From Eledone cirrhosa (lineage: Eukaryota): a DNA stretch of 64,000 bases. This document shows, one piece after another, positions 39,046 through 50,855 of the stretch. Location of the stretch: positions 23,808,001 through 23,872,000 of the forward strand of contig OZ024742.1 of the NCBI GenBank assembly GCA_964016885.1, written 5' to 3'. The position numbers and the translations under genes are program-made. Position 1 is the stretch's first letter; each line of letters begins with the position of its first letter. The notes under the pieces were generated by a model. It had not been told where the DNA came from, did no database searches, and worked only from the letters and a program-made list of their open reading frames with translations.

Positions 39046-39935
39046 ACCATCACCATCACCATCACCATCATCACCATCAGCACCATCACAATCATCACCA
39101 TCAGCACCGTCACCATCACCATCACCACTACCACCAACATCAGCATCAGCGTCACCATCACCGCTACCATCAGCATCATCATCACCATCATCACCACCAG
39201 CACCGTCACCATCACCATCACCACTACCACCATCACCATCATCCCCACCATCACCATCAACAACACTACCCTTTTCATCATCCAACCATCGTTACTGTGA
39301 CCAACAAACAACTCTTTATATATTATTATTATTCCTTTCCTAGGGCGGTGGATTGGCAGTATCGGTAGAGGGTCGGACGCCATGCTTTGACGTATAGAGT
39401 TACGGCCCTTGCCATTCTGAGTTCAAATCCCGCCGAGGTTAACTTTGCCTATCATCCTTACTGGTCGATAAAATAAAGTACCAGTAATGCACTGGGTAAT
39501 TGCTGGCCTTGTGCCAAAAGTAGAAACAATTATTATTATTAATCCCGTCGAGGTTAACTTTGCCTATCATCCTTACGGGGTCGATAAAATAAAGTACCAG
39601 TAATACACTGGGATAATTGCTGGCCTTGTGCCAAAAGTAGAAACAATTATTATTATTCTCCTCTAAAGCTAAACACTGCATGTTTCCTAGGGACACATGT
39701 CTACGCTCATTTGTGTAAATAAAGTACACAATATATGTTTCAGGAAAACATAATATTCATGTCGTTAACAACGACGATGATGACAGTGATGATGATGATG
39801 GTGGTGGCGTTATTGGTGACGACGATTTGCGATGATGATGGTGATGATGATGAGAATAATAATGGTGGTAGTGGTGAGGGTGACGATTATTGGGATGATG
39901 GTAATGATGATGAGGATGATGATGATGATGGTGAG
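39046..39935. repeat. (CAT/CAC)n 39046-39270 and (GAT/GGT)n 39770-39935 flanking a family A SINE with duplicated 3' half (39343-39657)
   Basis: Read directly from the sequence. Confidence 0.88.
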
Positions 39936-40073
39936 ACCAATAATTATAATATCTCGACATGAAGCAGGAGACTGCGTTTCATTAGTTTTGTTGTTTGATA
40001 AAAGTAAAATAAAGAAGATCTGACTTTCTCTAAATTAGCTGACTTAAATATTTCAAGAATGTGACGTCAGTTC

Positions 40074-40074
<1 letters not shown>

Positions 40075-40118
<44 letters not shown>

Positions 40119-40132
40119 TACACATAGACACG

Positions 40133-40191
<59 letters not shown>

Positions 40192-41513
40192 GCTCTCTCT
40201 CACACACACACACACACATAGACACACACACACACTCTCTTACTCTCTCTCTCATACACACACACACATAGACACACACACACGTTCTCTCTCTCTCTCT
40301 CTCTCACATATACACACACACACATTCTCTCTCTCTCTCACACACACACATAGACACACACACACACACTCTCTCTCTCTCTCTCACATACACACACACA
40401 CACAGACACACAGACACACACACACACTCTCTTTCTCTCTCACATAAACACACACACATAGACACACACACACTCTTTCTCTCTCACACATACACACACA
40501 CACATAGACACACACACACTCTCTCTCTCTCTCTCACATACACACACACACACTTATACACACACACACTATCTCTATATCTCTCTCACATACACACACA
40601 TACATAGACACACACACACTCTCTCTCTCTCTCTCACACATACACACACACACATAGGCACACGCACACTCTCTCTCTCACATACACACACACATAGACA
40701 CAAACACACTCTCTCTCACTCACATACACACACACACACATATTCACACACTCTCTCTCTGTCTCTCTCTCACACATACACAAACACACATTCACACATA
40801 GACACACACACACACATTCTCTCTCTCACATACACAAACGCACATTCACACATACACATAGACACGCACACACACACTCTCTCTCTCACATACACAAACA
40901 CACATTCACACATACCATACACATAGACACACACACACACACTCTCTCTCTCACATACATATACACACACACACACACACACACTCTCTCTCACTCATAC
41001 ACACAAACACACATTTACACACACACACACATTCTCTCTCTCTCTCACTCACATACAACCATTCACACACATACATAGACACACACACACACTCTCTCTC
41101 TCACATACACATACACACATTCACACATACACACACACACACTCTCTCTCTCACACACATACACACAAACACACACTCAATCTCTCTCTCTAACATACAC
41201 ATACACACATACACATATACACACACACACACTCTCACACACACACACACACTCTCTATCTCACTCACATACACGTACACACAAACACACATTCACACAT
41301 ACACATACACACCCACACACACACACTTTCTCTCTCACTCACATACACATACACACATTCACACACACACATAGACACGCGCGCACACACACACACTCTC
41401 TCTCTCTCTCTCTCACATACACATACAGACATTCACACATACACATAGACACACACACACTCTTTCTCTCTCTCTCTCACATACACATACACACATTCAC
41501 GCACACACACACA

Positions 41514-41558
<45 letters not shown>

Positions 41559-41757
41559 ATCAGACACACACAAACATATACACACATATATGAATATTAA
41601 GGTTAGGCTGTATGCAGAGAGAGGACACACACACGTATGTATTTATGTATGTATGTCTGTGTATTTATATATATGTGTGTGTGTGTGTTTATGTATATAT
41701 GTATAAGTATGTATATATTTATGTATAAATATATATATGTGTGTGTGGGCGTGTGGG

Positions 41758-41806
<49 letters not shown>

Positions 41807-41843
41807 ATATATATATATATGTGTGTATGTATATATGTGTTTG

Positions 41844-41876
<33 letters not shown>

Positions 41877-42103
41877 TTATATATATATGTATATGTATGT
41901 ATATATGTGTGTGTATATATATATACATATGTACATACATGTATATATGTATATATATATATATATATATTATAAATGAAAATAGAGAAATTAATGTAAG
42001 CAAAAAGCCAATATATACATACATATATATATACATATGTATATATATATATATATGTATGTATATATACATATGTATATATATATATATATACTCTATA
42101 TGC

Positions 42104-42147
<44 letters not shown>

Positions 42148-42168
42148 CTATATATATATATATATATA

Positions 42169-42250
<82 letters not shown>

Positions 42251-42280
42251 TTGTGTGTGTGTATATATGTATGTAAAATC
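40075..42280. repeat. Compound (CT)n(CA)n minisatellite followed by a (TA)/(TG) tract
   Basis: Read directly from the sequence. Confidence 0.95.
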
Positions 42281-42559
42281 CTGACCATAGCATGTCTGTC
42301 TATGTAACAGAACAACTTTGTTTAATTAGTCATCTTAACTGAAGCATGACTAATGATGATACATTGAAAAACTAATCAAAACTGGACACAGATAGATTGA
42401 CTAATTAATCACTTTATCTATGTTTTCAAAGATAAATATATATTTTCTATCTTCCATACGTCAATGGTGAGCAATGTTCGAATCCGTGGATGGTTATCTA
42501 TCTCACATAGAAGTCGGTGGAAAGATACTTCAGTCAGTGCCGGGTTTTCAACAAATAAG

Positions 42560-42812
42560 TGTGTGTGTGTGTGACAGATCATACCTAGGCAGCTTTAGTT
42601 GGGCTCCTCTGAGGTATATCTCGTTGGAGGTGTCTTGGCTAATTTAATGATAGTACCCCAGTCCTATCATCTCATTTCTACAACTGAGTAACTGGAGCAA
42701 CGTGAAATAAAGTGTCTTGCTCAAGGAAACAGCACATCACCCGGTCCGAGAATTGAACTCACAACCTTTCGATTTCAAGCCAACTGCTCTAACCACTAAG
42801 CCATGCGCTTTC
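42560..42812 (-). mobile_element. Family B SINE
   Basis: tRNA-like head on the minus strand (GCGCATGGCTTAGTGGTTAGAGC...GAGTTCAATTC) plus the CORE-like segment. Confidence 0.82.
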
Positions 42813-42959
42813 AATAAATAAGGCCCTGTGCTAGTTAGCTTATGAGACCACAAGCATTTGAAAGATTCATTGTGAAACAATTTTTGGCTGGAAGATAGGT
42901 GCCCTTGCATAACGGGACCCTGTGTTAAGCACACCTAAGCACAATGCTGAATCCGGCAC

Positions 42960-43175
42960 TGACTACAGTTGATGAAGTGTTTTCTGGTGAACAGATCGAA
43001 GGAATACGATGATCATGCTCAGCTTAGAATCAATAGTGGCGTCCCACAATGGTCTGTGTTAGGATCATTTCCCTTCAATATGTACATCAATGATATTATA
43101 GACATCCTCAATCACAGCAAAAAATGTATCTTCCGAAATGATTCCCAACACCAGGAGGTCAGTAACAGAGGGGGA
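42960..43175 (+). mobile_element. CR1/L2-type RT fragment
   Basis: SGVPQWSVLGSFPFNMYINDI matches the SGVPQGSVLGP..F..YIND motif. Confidence 0.75.
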
Positions 43176-43595
43176 TCCCTGACATGCCATGTGTGTATGT
43201 ATATATATATATATATCACAGAAAATATATATGTATACACGCAAACGAGACAACTACACACACACACGCACACACACACACAGTAGCATTCCACTATACG
43301 AACATACTACACTGCCAATACAGAGGAACAAGGCAGCAACACACGCACACACACACACTCAAGCGAGACAACTACACACACACACACACAGTAACATTTA
43401 ACAAACAGGCAGAGAATGGACTGACAGCTAGCGCCATCCCACTCCCTCATTCGGCCGCTGACCTCTGTGCGACCGACCCCATTTCACGTGCACGCGCGCT
43501 CTGCCGAATACCTCAGATATTCAAAACAACAAACAGCGAAGGACGCGTTCCGGACTTGTCCGACAGACAACCTTTTCCCCCACCCCGGAAAAAAA

Positions 43596-43631
43596 CCCCT
43601 GTTGATGGATGTGAATCCGAAATATATAGGG
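43596..43631 (+). ncRNA. Minimal hammerhead motif with an A6>U core change, within a probable Penelope pLTR (~43400-43890)
   Basis: CCC-CTGTTGA-t-GGAT(GTGA)ATCC-GAAA-TAT-ATA-GGG. Confidence 0.55.
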
Positions 43632-43883
43632 ACTATTAAATCTCTCCCAACGTAACTCTCTCTTGTGTTGTTATTTTTATTTTATCCTTTATACTCTTCC
43701 CTTCATTCTACACATCTCACACATCTTATACACACCACGCATCTCAACGTACACCCACTTACATCTCTCTCCCCACCACCGGACCTTGTTACCCGGAGAT
43801 TTACCCATTTGCATTGTCGAGGCTTCCAAACGACTTAAAGATATTTACTTATTGTTCCACAATGCTTTAAGCAAACTTCAATA

Positions 43884-43969
<86 letters not shown>

Positions 43970-43977
43970 TACATGTA

Positions 43978-44132
43978 TATGGTGGCTGCCAACTCGTTTT
44001 CGAGTACGGCCACTACTTTATATCCATGTAGGAGAACCCCTACCAATGCGCTGAACGAGTGTGACTTTTTAGTCCAGCCAGCGACTTGAAAACTCTGGTA
44101 CAAACACTACACTTGTGACAATTATTGACACA
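43978..44132 (-). mobile_element. RTE 3' end fragment
   Basis: Near-identical reverse complement of 18776-18930, adjoining (TA)n. Confidence 0.85.
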
Positions 44133-44431
44133 CATACATATATATATATATGGATATGTACATACATATATATATATCCAGTTCTGCGTTTACAGATTGA
44201 CTTTGTTAGTTTCAGAAGATCCCGTTAAGGGTGAAAGCAGCGATTCTTTGCTTAAACTTTAATCTGTTATTTTAATAAATATATATATATATATATATAG
44301 TTGTGTATAATGGTAGCTATGGTGCTTCCATAGGCGGTATGCCAAAATTAGCTCTCGATATTCATCAGAGAAGAGTGTAGATATTATAAAGAAAACGAAA
44401 AATCAGTGATGTATCTGGACTTAGTTTATTT

Positions 44432-44522
44432 CGTGTTACAAACGTTTCGCCGGCATGTAGCTCGAGACATGGTCCTTGTATGGATCTGTCTGATTCTACT
44501 TCTGCGGGTTCTTTCAGACACG
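44432..44522 (-). ncRNA. Type I hammerhead-like motif, inverted relative to the adjacent GIY-YIG ORF
   Basis: CGTGT-CTGAAAGA-aCCCGCA...TGCCGGc-GAAAC-GTTT-GTA-ACACG. Perfect 5-bp stem I; one extra core nucleotide. Confidence 0.6.
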
Positions 44523-45600
44523 GGTGTTTCGTCCGGAGCAAACTTTATCACTGGGGTGTTATCATCAAAAACGCGGTGAAGATGGCGCACACTGGCCGTC
44601 AACCGCGGCGACAGAGTGACCATGTTTCGGAGCGCGGAGAACTACCCAGGGACCTTCCCCCATATCACAACCCGGCCCCGAGGCGATCAGACCGCCCGCC
44701 GAGGGCGATATGGTCCAACACCGAGAGGGAAATAGTGTCATGGGCGGGGGAGACAAATGTGTTGACGGTGCAACACCCTGAGAACCTTGAGAGGACCATA
44801 ATAGATCGGGGCCCGGACATCGGACGCACAAGAACTGACCGCAGAAATTGCAAATGCAGAGCGGGCACCCAGTGCCCCTACAGGGAAAATGCTTAATGAA
44901 AGACCTAATATACAAGTGTGTGGTTACAACCCAAAATGCGCATCGAACCTACATCGGCGCAACATCCACGATCTTTAAATCGCGGATGTTGCGAATTCCT
45001 TCAGGGACCGTAGCAAAAGGCACTCCACTAGGTTAGCGGACCTCGTGTGGGACATGAAAGACCACGTACGACCTGGAATGGAATATCGTTCGCCATGCGA
45101 GGACATATTCGGCCGGAAGTAGAAAGTGCCGATTGTGCCTGAACGAGGCCATGGAGATAGTCAGACTGAAGGATAACGCCGTCAACCTGAAGTCTGAAAT
45201 TATCATGATATGCAGACACCAGAGAAGATGCACATTTGCAGCATGGAATCCGCCGGGTGACGTAGTCAGGGGGCATGGGAATGAGTACGCACAGATCCGA
45301 TTGGCCTAGCGGGATTAGGGGACCTGACGCCATGCCATGATGACGGTGTCCGACCCGTGGGGCAATCATATGTAAAACAGGTGCGCACGTGACCGGGAAC
45401 AACACGTTGGCAGATTCACCGCATGGGGCGGGGCCGGCTGACATGGGGCCCACTGCCGCCCGGTCCTGTGCCCTAAACGTATAGAACAGCACAACCCAGC
45501 CATGGTGCCATGTCCCATGGTAACCGTGACGGGCGTCACATTGAATGTGTACCCCGTTTTTCGTGACTGCATACTATCCACCTGTTCCACTTTTTATATA
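44523..45600 (+). mobile_element. Penelope-like (Naiad-type) element fragment: GIY-YIG endonuclease pseudogene
   Basis: NCKCRAGTQCP/LQGKCL..DLIYKCVV...TYIGATSTIFKSR...WNIV...YSAGSRKCRLCLNE...NLKSE...CRH across frameshifts; GC-rich island. Confidence 0.82.
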
Positions 45601-45707
45601 CATATATTATATATTTACATTAACACATGTTTTTTTTTATATTCAATGGTTGTATGAATACACACACACACACGCGCGCACACACACACATACACACACA
45701 CAGACAA

Positions 45708-45766
<59 letters not shown>

Positions 45767-46484
45767 TTAAAACAATGAAATAAAAAATCATGTGTAAATA
45801 TATATATATATATAAATTAACTTATATTTGTTTATATTGAATGTATGTATGTATGTAGACCGATATATATGTATGTATTTATATTAATTTAATACCCTGT
45901 CAAATCCTTTTGGTAGGTTTCCAAAAATATCTAAATTTAGAAATTATATATTGATGATTCCACCACAATAGAGAGAAGAGTGAAAGGAGAGAGAGAAGAG
46001 TGAAAGGAGAGAGGAAGAAAGAGAGAGAGAGAAATGTGTGTGAGAGAGAGAATGTGTGAGAGAGAGAGCGTATGTGTGTGAGAGAGAGAAAGAGAGAGAG
46101 TGTGTGTGTATGTGTGCGTTAGAGAGAGAGAGTGTGTGCGATATATAGAGAGTGTGTGTCTGGGATAGAGAGAGAGCGATTAACTGTATTTAGGAGATGG
46201 TGGTCAATAAAGAGGAAGAGGAAAAGGAAGTGAAAAGGGAACGATAAACATATAAAAGGGTCAATATTGAATATGGGATGGAAAGATTGAAATTCCAACT
46301 GAAAAGATGGAGAAAGTATGGCTGGAGAGAAACATGATGACTGTGTTATGATGGTAGAATGGTCAGGAGGAGGGCAGAATCAGAAGCGGGCGTTATACAC
46401 AGACATAAATATTCTTTTTGAGGAGTGAGTGTCGGAGGGAGGGAATGAGAGAGAGAGATACATGGAGAGAGAGGGAGAGGGAGG

Positions 46485-46545
<61 letters not shown>

Positions 46546-47194
46546 TTTGATATTCTAAGAGAAAGAGAGGAGTGAGAGAGAAAGAGAGAGAGAGACATTT
46601 TGATATTCTAAGAGAAAGAGAGGAGAGAGAGAGAGACATAAGTACACTAAAGATTTATAGTGATGGACAAGTTGAAATCGTAATAACACAGCGATTCCTC
46701 CTCGTGTAGACATAATTAAATCGACACATACAAACATACATACACACATGCAACTATTTGTATAACTTATCGTCCATCAGATGTCTCTAATCATAATATA
46801 CTTTCGGAGACAGCTTAAGAAGGATAGAAGTGATATAACCATACTGGACCAAAACTTGTACGTCTCTTCGGTGATTTCACCTTCTCCAACGTCCAATATC
46901 CTCCAAACCATATTCTCTTAGAATGTTTTGTCGATTTGTCACACACTTTGTTCTTGGAACAATTAGTATTCTACTCAATGTCGGGCAATAGTATTACAAG
47001 CCTTCCCCGTTAATGGGCTTTTGAGGCTTAAGCTCCTCTGATAATGTGGAAAATAATTTGTTTCAATATACTTGTACTTTGGTTTTGACTGCACTGATTT
47101 TCTATTGACTCTAAATATGTAAACATTATCTTGTATTAATTTCTTTTTTGGCCTAGTATTGGTAATAAAAAAAAAACATAAGCTAATAATGATA

Positions 47195-47404
47195 ATTGTT
47201 TCTTATATAAACACAAGGTTTGGTGAGGGGAAAGTCAATTAAATCGACTCCAGTGCGTCACTGGTACTTTATTTTACCGACCCCGAAAAGATGAAAGGCA
47301 AATTTAACCTCGGCGGGATTTGAACTCAGAATGGAAAGTGTCGTAACTCTATGCTGCTAAGCCTGGCGTCCGACTCTCTACCGATATTGCCAATCCACCG
47401 CCCT
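47195..47404 (-). mobile_element. Full family A SINE
   Basis: Reverse complement of the copy at 39343, head to tail. Confidence 0.85.
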
Positions 47405-47711
47405 TAAGCTAATAATAATGTACAATATATAATTACGTTCCTCCTCCTTAATTTTAAAACTCTAACGAAAGCTCCGTGTTATAGGTCTCTACTTCACACA
47501 AACAAATTAAGCTTATCCCGAAGGTGAAGATGACAGCAAATATATGTTTGAAATACAACATGGTAGAGCTAACTAGGTCTGGGGTGGGAAACAGTGAATA
47601 GCTTAAGGGAAGCAGGAAGCACCATAGCTGAATATAACCGGACGTTTCACAAAGTAAACTGGGAAATGAATGTTCGCATAAAACTAGCCTGAATGTCTCT
47701 CTCTCTCACAA

Positions 47712-47788
<77 letters not shown>

Positions 47789-47829
47789 GTTATCAACATA
47801 AAAAGTAGACAATTCGTGCCGATAATACA

Positions 47830-48125
47830 AGATAGGCACATTAATTTTTCACAGTAAAAAGGCAAACACACACAAACACAAAATACCTAAAGATCTTATG
47901 TGACAATAAGCAAAGGTCGCTCACCGCCTTAATAAAACAAACAAAAGAACTGAAGTAATCAAAAAGAAAACAAATATGGAGAAATCCAGCTTCAATAAGG
48001 CACTGGAATGAATTGAGAAGGAGATGGAGAAGGCCGAAAGAGAAGCCAGAGATATAAAAAATATAAAAACAAATCCTAAAGCATGCTTTGAATTTGCAAG
48101 TCTGCTTCAGAAAACTAGGATCTTC
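47830..48125 (+). mobile_element. CR1-like ORF2 linker remnant
   Basis: E..ARDIKNIKTNPKACFEFA resembles the IK.NPK.F..Y motif. Confidence 0.45.
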
Positions 48126-48514
48126 CATATATACATATGTGTGTGGTTGTGTGTGTGTGTGTGTGGAGAGAGAGAGAGAGAATGCTGTGTTTATATTTAT
48201 TTATTTGTATGAATGCGTACCTTTCACATTTTCAACCAGGGAAAAGAGTCTTAATTCTATTAGTAGCTTATCTCTTTCATTGAGACAAACCTCGTCATGC
48301 AGCCTCCGTATATTACCACCAGAGAATTACGTTACAGATGCTCCTGTCTGTGAACTGTTCATCTATTTACTCCTTAATTTCAGAGCAAGCTGTTCTGTGG
48401 ATCAAACAACTGGAACATATATTGTCGAAATCAACGGAGATCCCTTGCATAGTGCAATGTAATGTAGTATAGTGATGTGTTATAGTGTAGCGTCATTTAA
48501 ATACATGAAGAAAC

Positions 48515-48830
48515 ATGATTGATTGGTTAGGATGTTTGGGGCATGATCGTAAGATCATAGCTTTGATTTACGGTACAGAGTGGCGTGTTTTGTTCTTAAG
48601 CAAGGAACTTTATTTCACGGTGTTCAAATCGACTCAGCAGGAAAAACATAGTATCTTTAATTCAAAGGGCCAACATTCTTACACGCTATGTCACGCTGAA
48701 TCTCCCTGAGTACACGTATCTGAGGAATTTTCATTCACCTTTACGATAATTTCATTTGCAAGTAATTCCGTTCATCTAACAACTGGAACACTCCTCGTCG
48801 TAACTGACGGAGGTACAACACAACACATTA
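48515..48830 (+). mobile_element. Decayed family B SINE
   Basis: GTTCTTAAGCAAGGAACTTTATTTCACG core and TGTCACGCTGAATCTCCCTGAG tail. Confidence 0.65.
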
Positions 48831-49335
48831 ATATAATATAGTATAATACAATATAATACAATATAATACAATATAATACACTGTTGTATAGTGTAATATT
48901 GTGTAGTGTGTTAGTTATTTGTGTATTGTAATCATATTTGATAATTCAATGCTTTTAAACACGTTGATTGATAAGTTCATATCCAATTAGAAATATTGAA
49001 CAATTGTTTTTTTCTGACCTTCTCCTGTTATTATCAAGCTGGTTGTGATGAGGAAGAATATCTGTGGTAGATACAGTCTGGGCACTGGGCCAAACTATTT
49101 GGGCATTTCACCAATACACTCGCTATATAAAGAAATTGCATATATGAATATGTATATATGTATATATGTATATGTATGAGTATATAAATATATATATATG
49201 TGTGTGTATATATAAATGTGTGTGTGTGTGTGTATATATATATGTATTCATGATATATATTCATATATATATATATACATACATGCAGGCATACAGACGT
49301 GTCTAGTCACACACGCACAAATAGATATATAAATA

Positions 49336-49452
<117 letters not shown>

Positions 49453-49498
49453 AGTAAAAGTGAAGTAGTTTCAGATGTTCAAGTCCTTTAATAATAAT

Positions 49499-49572
49499 GC
49501 TGTGATATATATTTCAATGACGACACTGGCCACACTGCTCTATGTGCGTGTGTCGTGACATCATCAGACAGC
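49499..49572 (-). ncRNA. Type I hammerhead motif
   Basis: GCTGT-CTGATGA-tgtcACGACAC...GTGTCGTcatt-GAAA-TATAT-ATC-ACAGC. AUC triplet, palindromic stem III; base of stem II imperfect. Confidence 0.68.
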
Positions 49573-49835
49573 TTGTTACATAATAAGGTTATGTTTCCGA
49601 GGCAATCAAAGTTGAATCGACATGGGAACAGACGAAATGTGTGCTTTTGGGTTCTTCATCCCTGTGAGTACCAATTCACTCCACCGGTCTGCGTAGGCGA
49701 ATGTCCGAAGGAATATATACGTATATATATATATACGTATATATATACGTATATATATAGTAATGTGAAGACTAAAATCCGAAGAGGGCTCGATAAGCAT
49801 AATGTATATATCAAATATATAAAAACATACAGCAA

Positions 49836-49958
49836 ATATTTATTAACAAAAGATTAAAGTTTAAGCAAAGAATCGCTGCTTTCACCCTTAACGGGATCTT
49901 CTGAAACTGAGTTCAGTGATTCTTTGCTTAAACTTTAATCTGTTATTTTAATAAATAT
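49836..49958. repeat. Short palindrome (~43-bp arms); the same sequence occurs unpaired at ~44209-44285
   Basis: AGATTAAAGTTTAAGCAAAGAATCGCTG / CAGTGATTCTTTGCTTAAACTTTAATCT. Confidence 0.85.
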
Positions 49959-50199
49959 ATATATATAATAGGGGCGAAGGGTGCGTGCATGCAACGCATG
50001 CAGTGCATGCGTTATAGAATCTTGAGTTGATCAATTGCGTCGGTTGAAGCAAGCAGAATGTTGGTTGCTTACTAAATCAAAGACACATAAAAAGATAATA
50101 CATACACACATACACACACACATACACACAAATACACGACAGCGTCAGTTGTAGCAAGCAGAATTTTGGCTGCTTGCTAAAGCGTAGACACATAAAAAG

Positions 50200-50290
<91 letters not shown>

Positions 50291-50855
50291 ACAAACACAC
50301 GACAGCCTCGGCTGAAGCAAGCATAATTTCGGCTGCTTACTATATCGTAGACACATAAAAAGATAACACACACACACACACTAGATAACACTACATGCGG
50401 CTTTGACCGGGAGGGTCATTTAGAGTGAACTGAGGAGGGTAAATCTGCATAGCCCCACTTACCGCCATGGCGATTGGACTGCATGTCCTGCCTGCTTTCC
50501 AGGTTAATTTTCGCCCTTATATATATATATTATATATATATACTGGTGAATACTGGTGGCTTGCGTCTGAGCTAGCTGTCAAAACGCCTGGACCTCAACC
50601 ATCGGTGTCCTGAATCTTTTCATATATGTATATATATAGATATGTATAAAAAATATGAGAAGAATGAATACTGCGTGGTGGCACATGGATTACATATGAT
50701 AAAAATAGTCCGTCATCAGTGATATTCCAACCTTCATTGGTATTACATCGCTTTAAAAATCATATACCTCCAGTTGGTGCGAGCAATAGCTAAATAAAGC
50801 TATTGGGACAAGTAAATAGCATAAAGCGAGCGAGACAAGTAAACAAACATACAAC

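Noticed and set aside
44350-44380. Isolated CTGATGA motifs (also ~16562, 30634 and 50714)
   Set aside because: No matching GAAA, NUH and stems; expected by chance.
44840-45240. Selenocysteine-recoded Naiad protein
   Set aside because: The conserved Cys positions examined use TGC/TGT; disruptions are frameshifts, not in-frame TGA at Cys sites.
46170-47140. Decayed LINE fragments on the minus strand
   Set aside because: Only weak motif echoes; cannot be assigned without a search.
49969-50520. DNA transposon with TA(G/A)GGGCGAA termini
   Set aside because: Only ~10 bp of imperfect terminal match and no other support.
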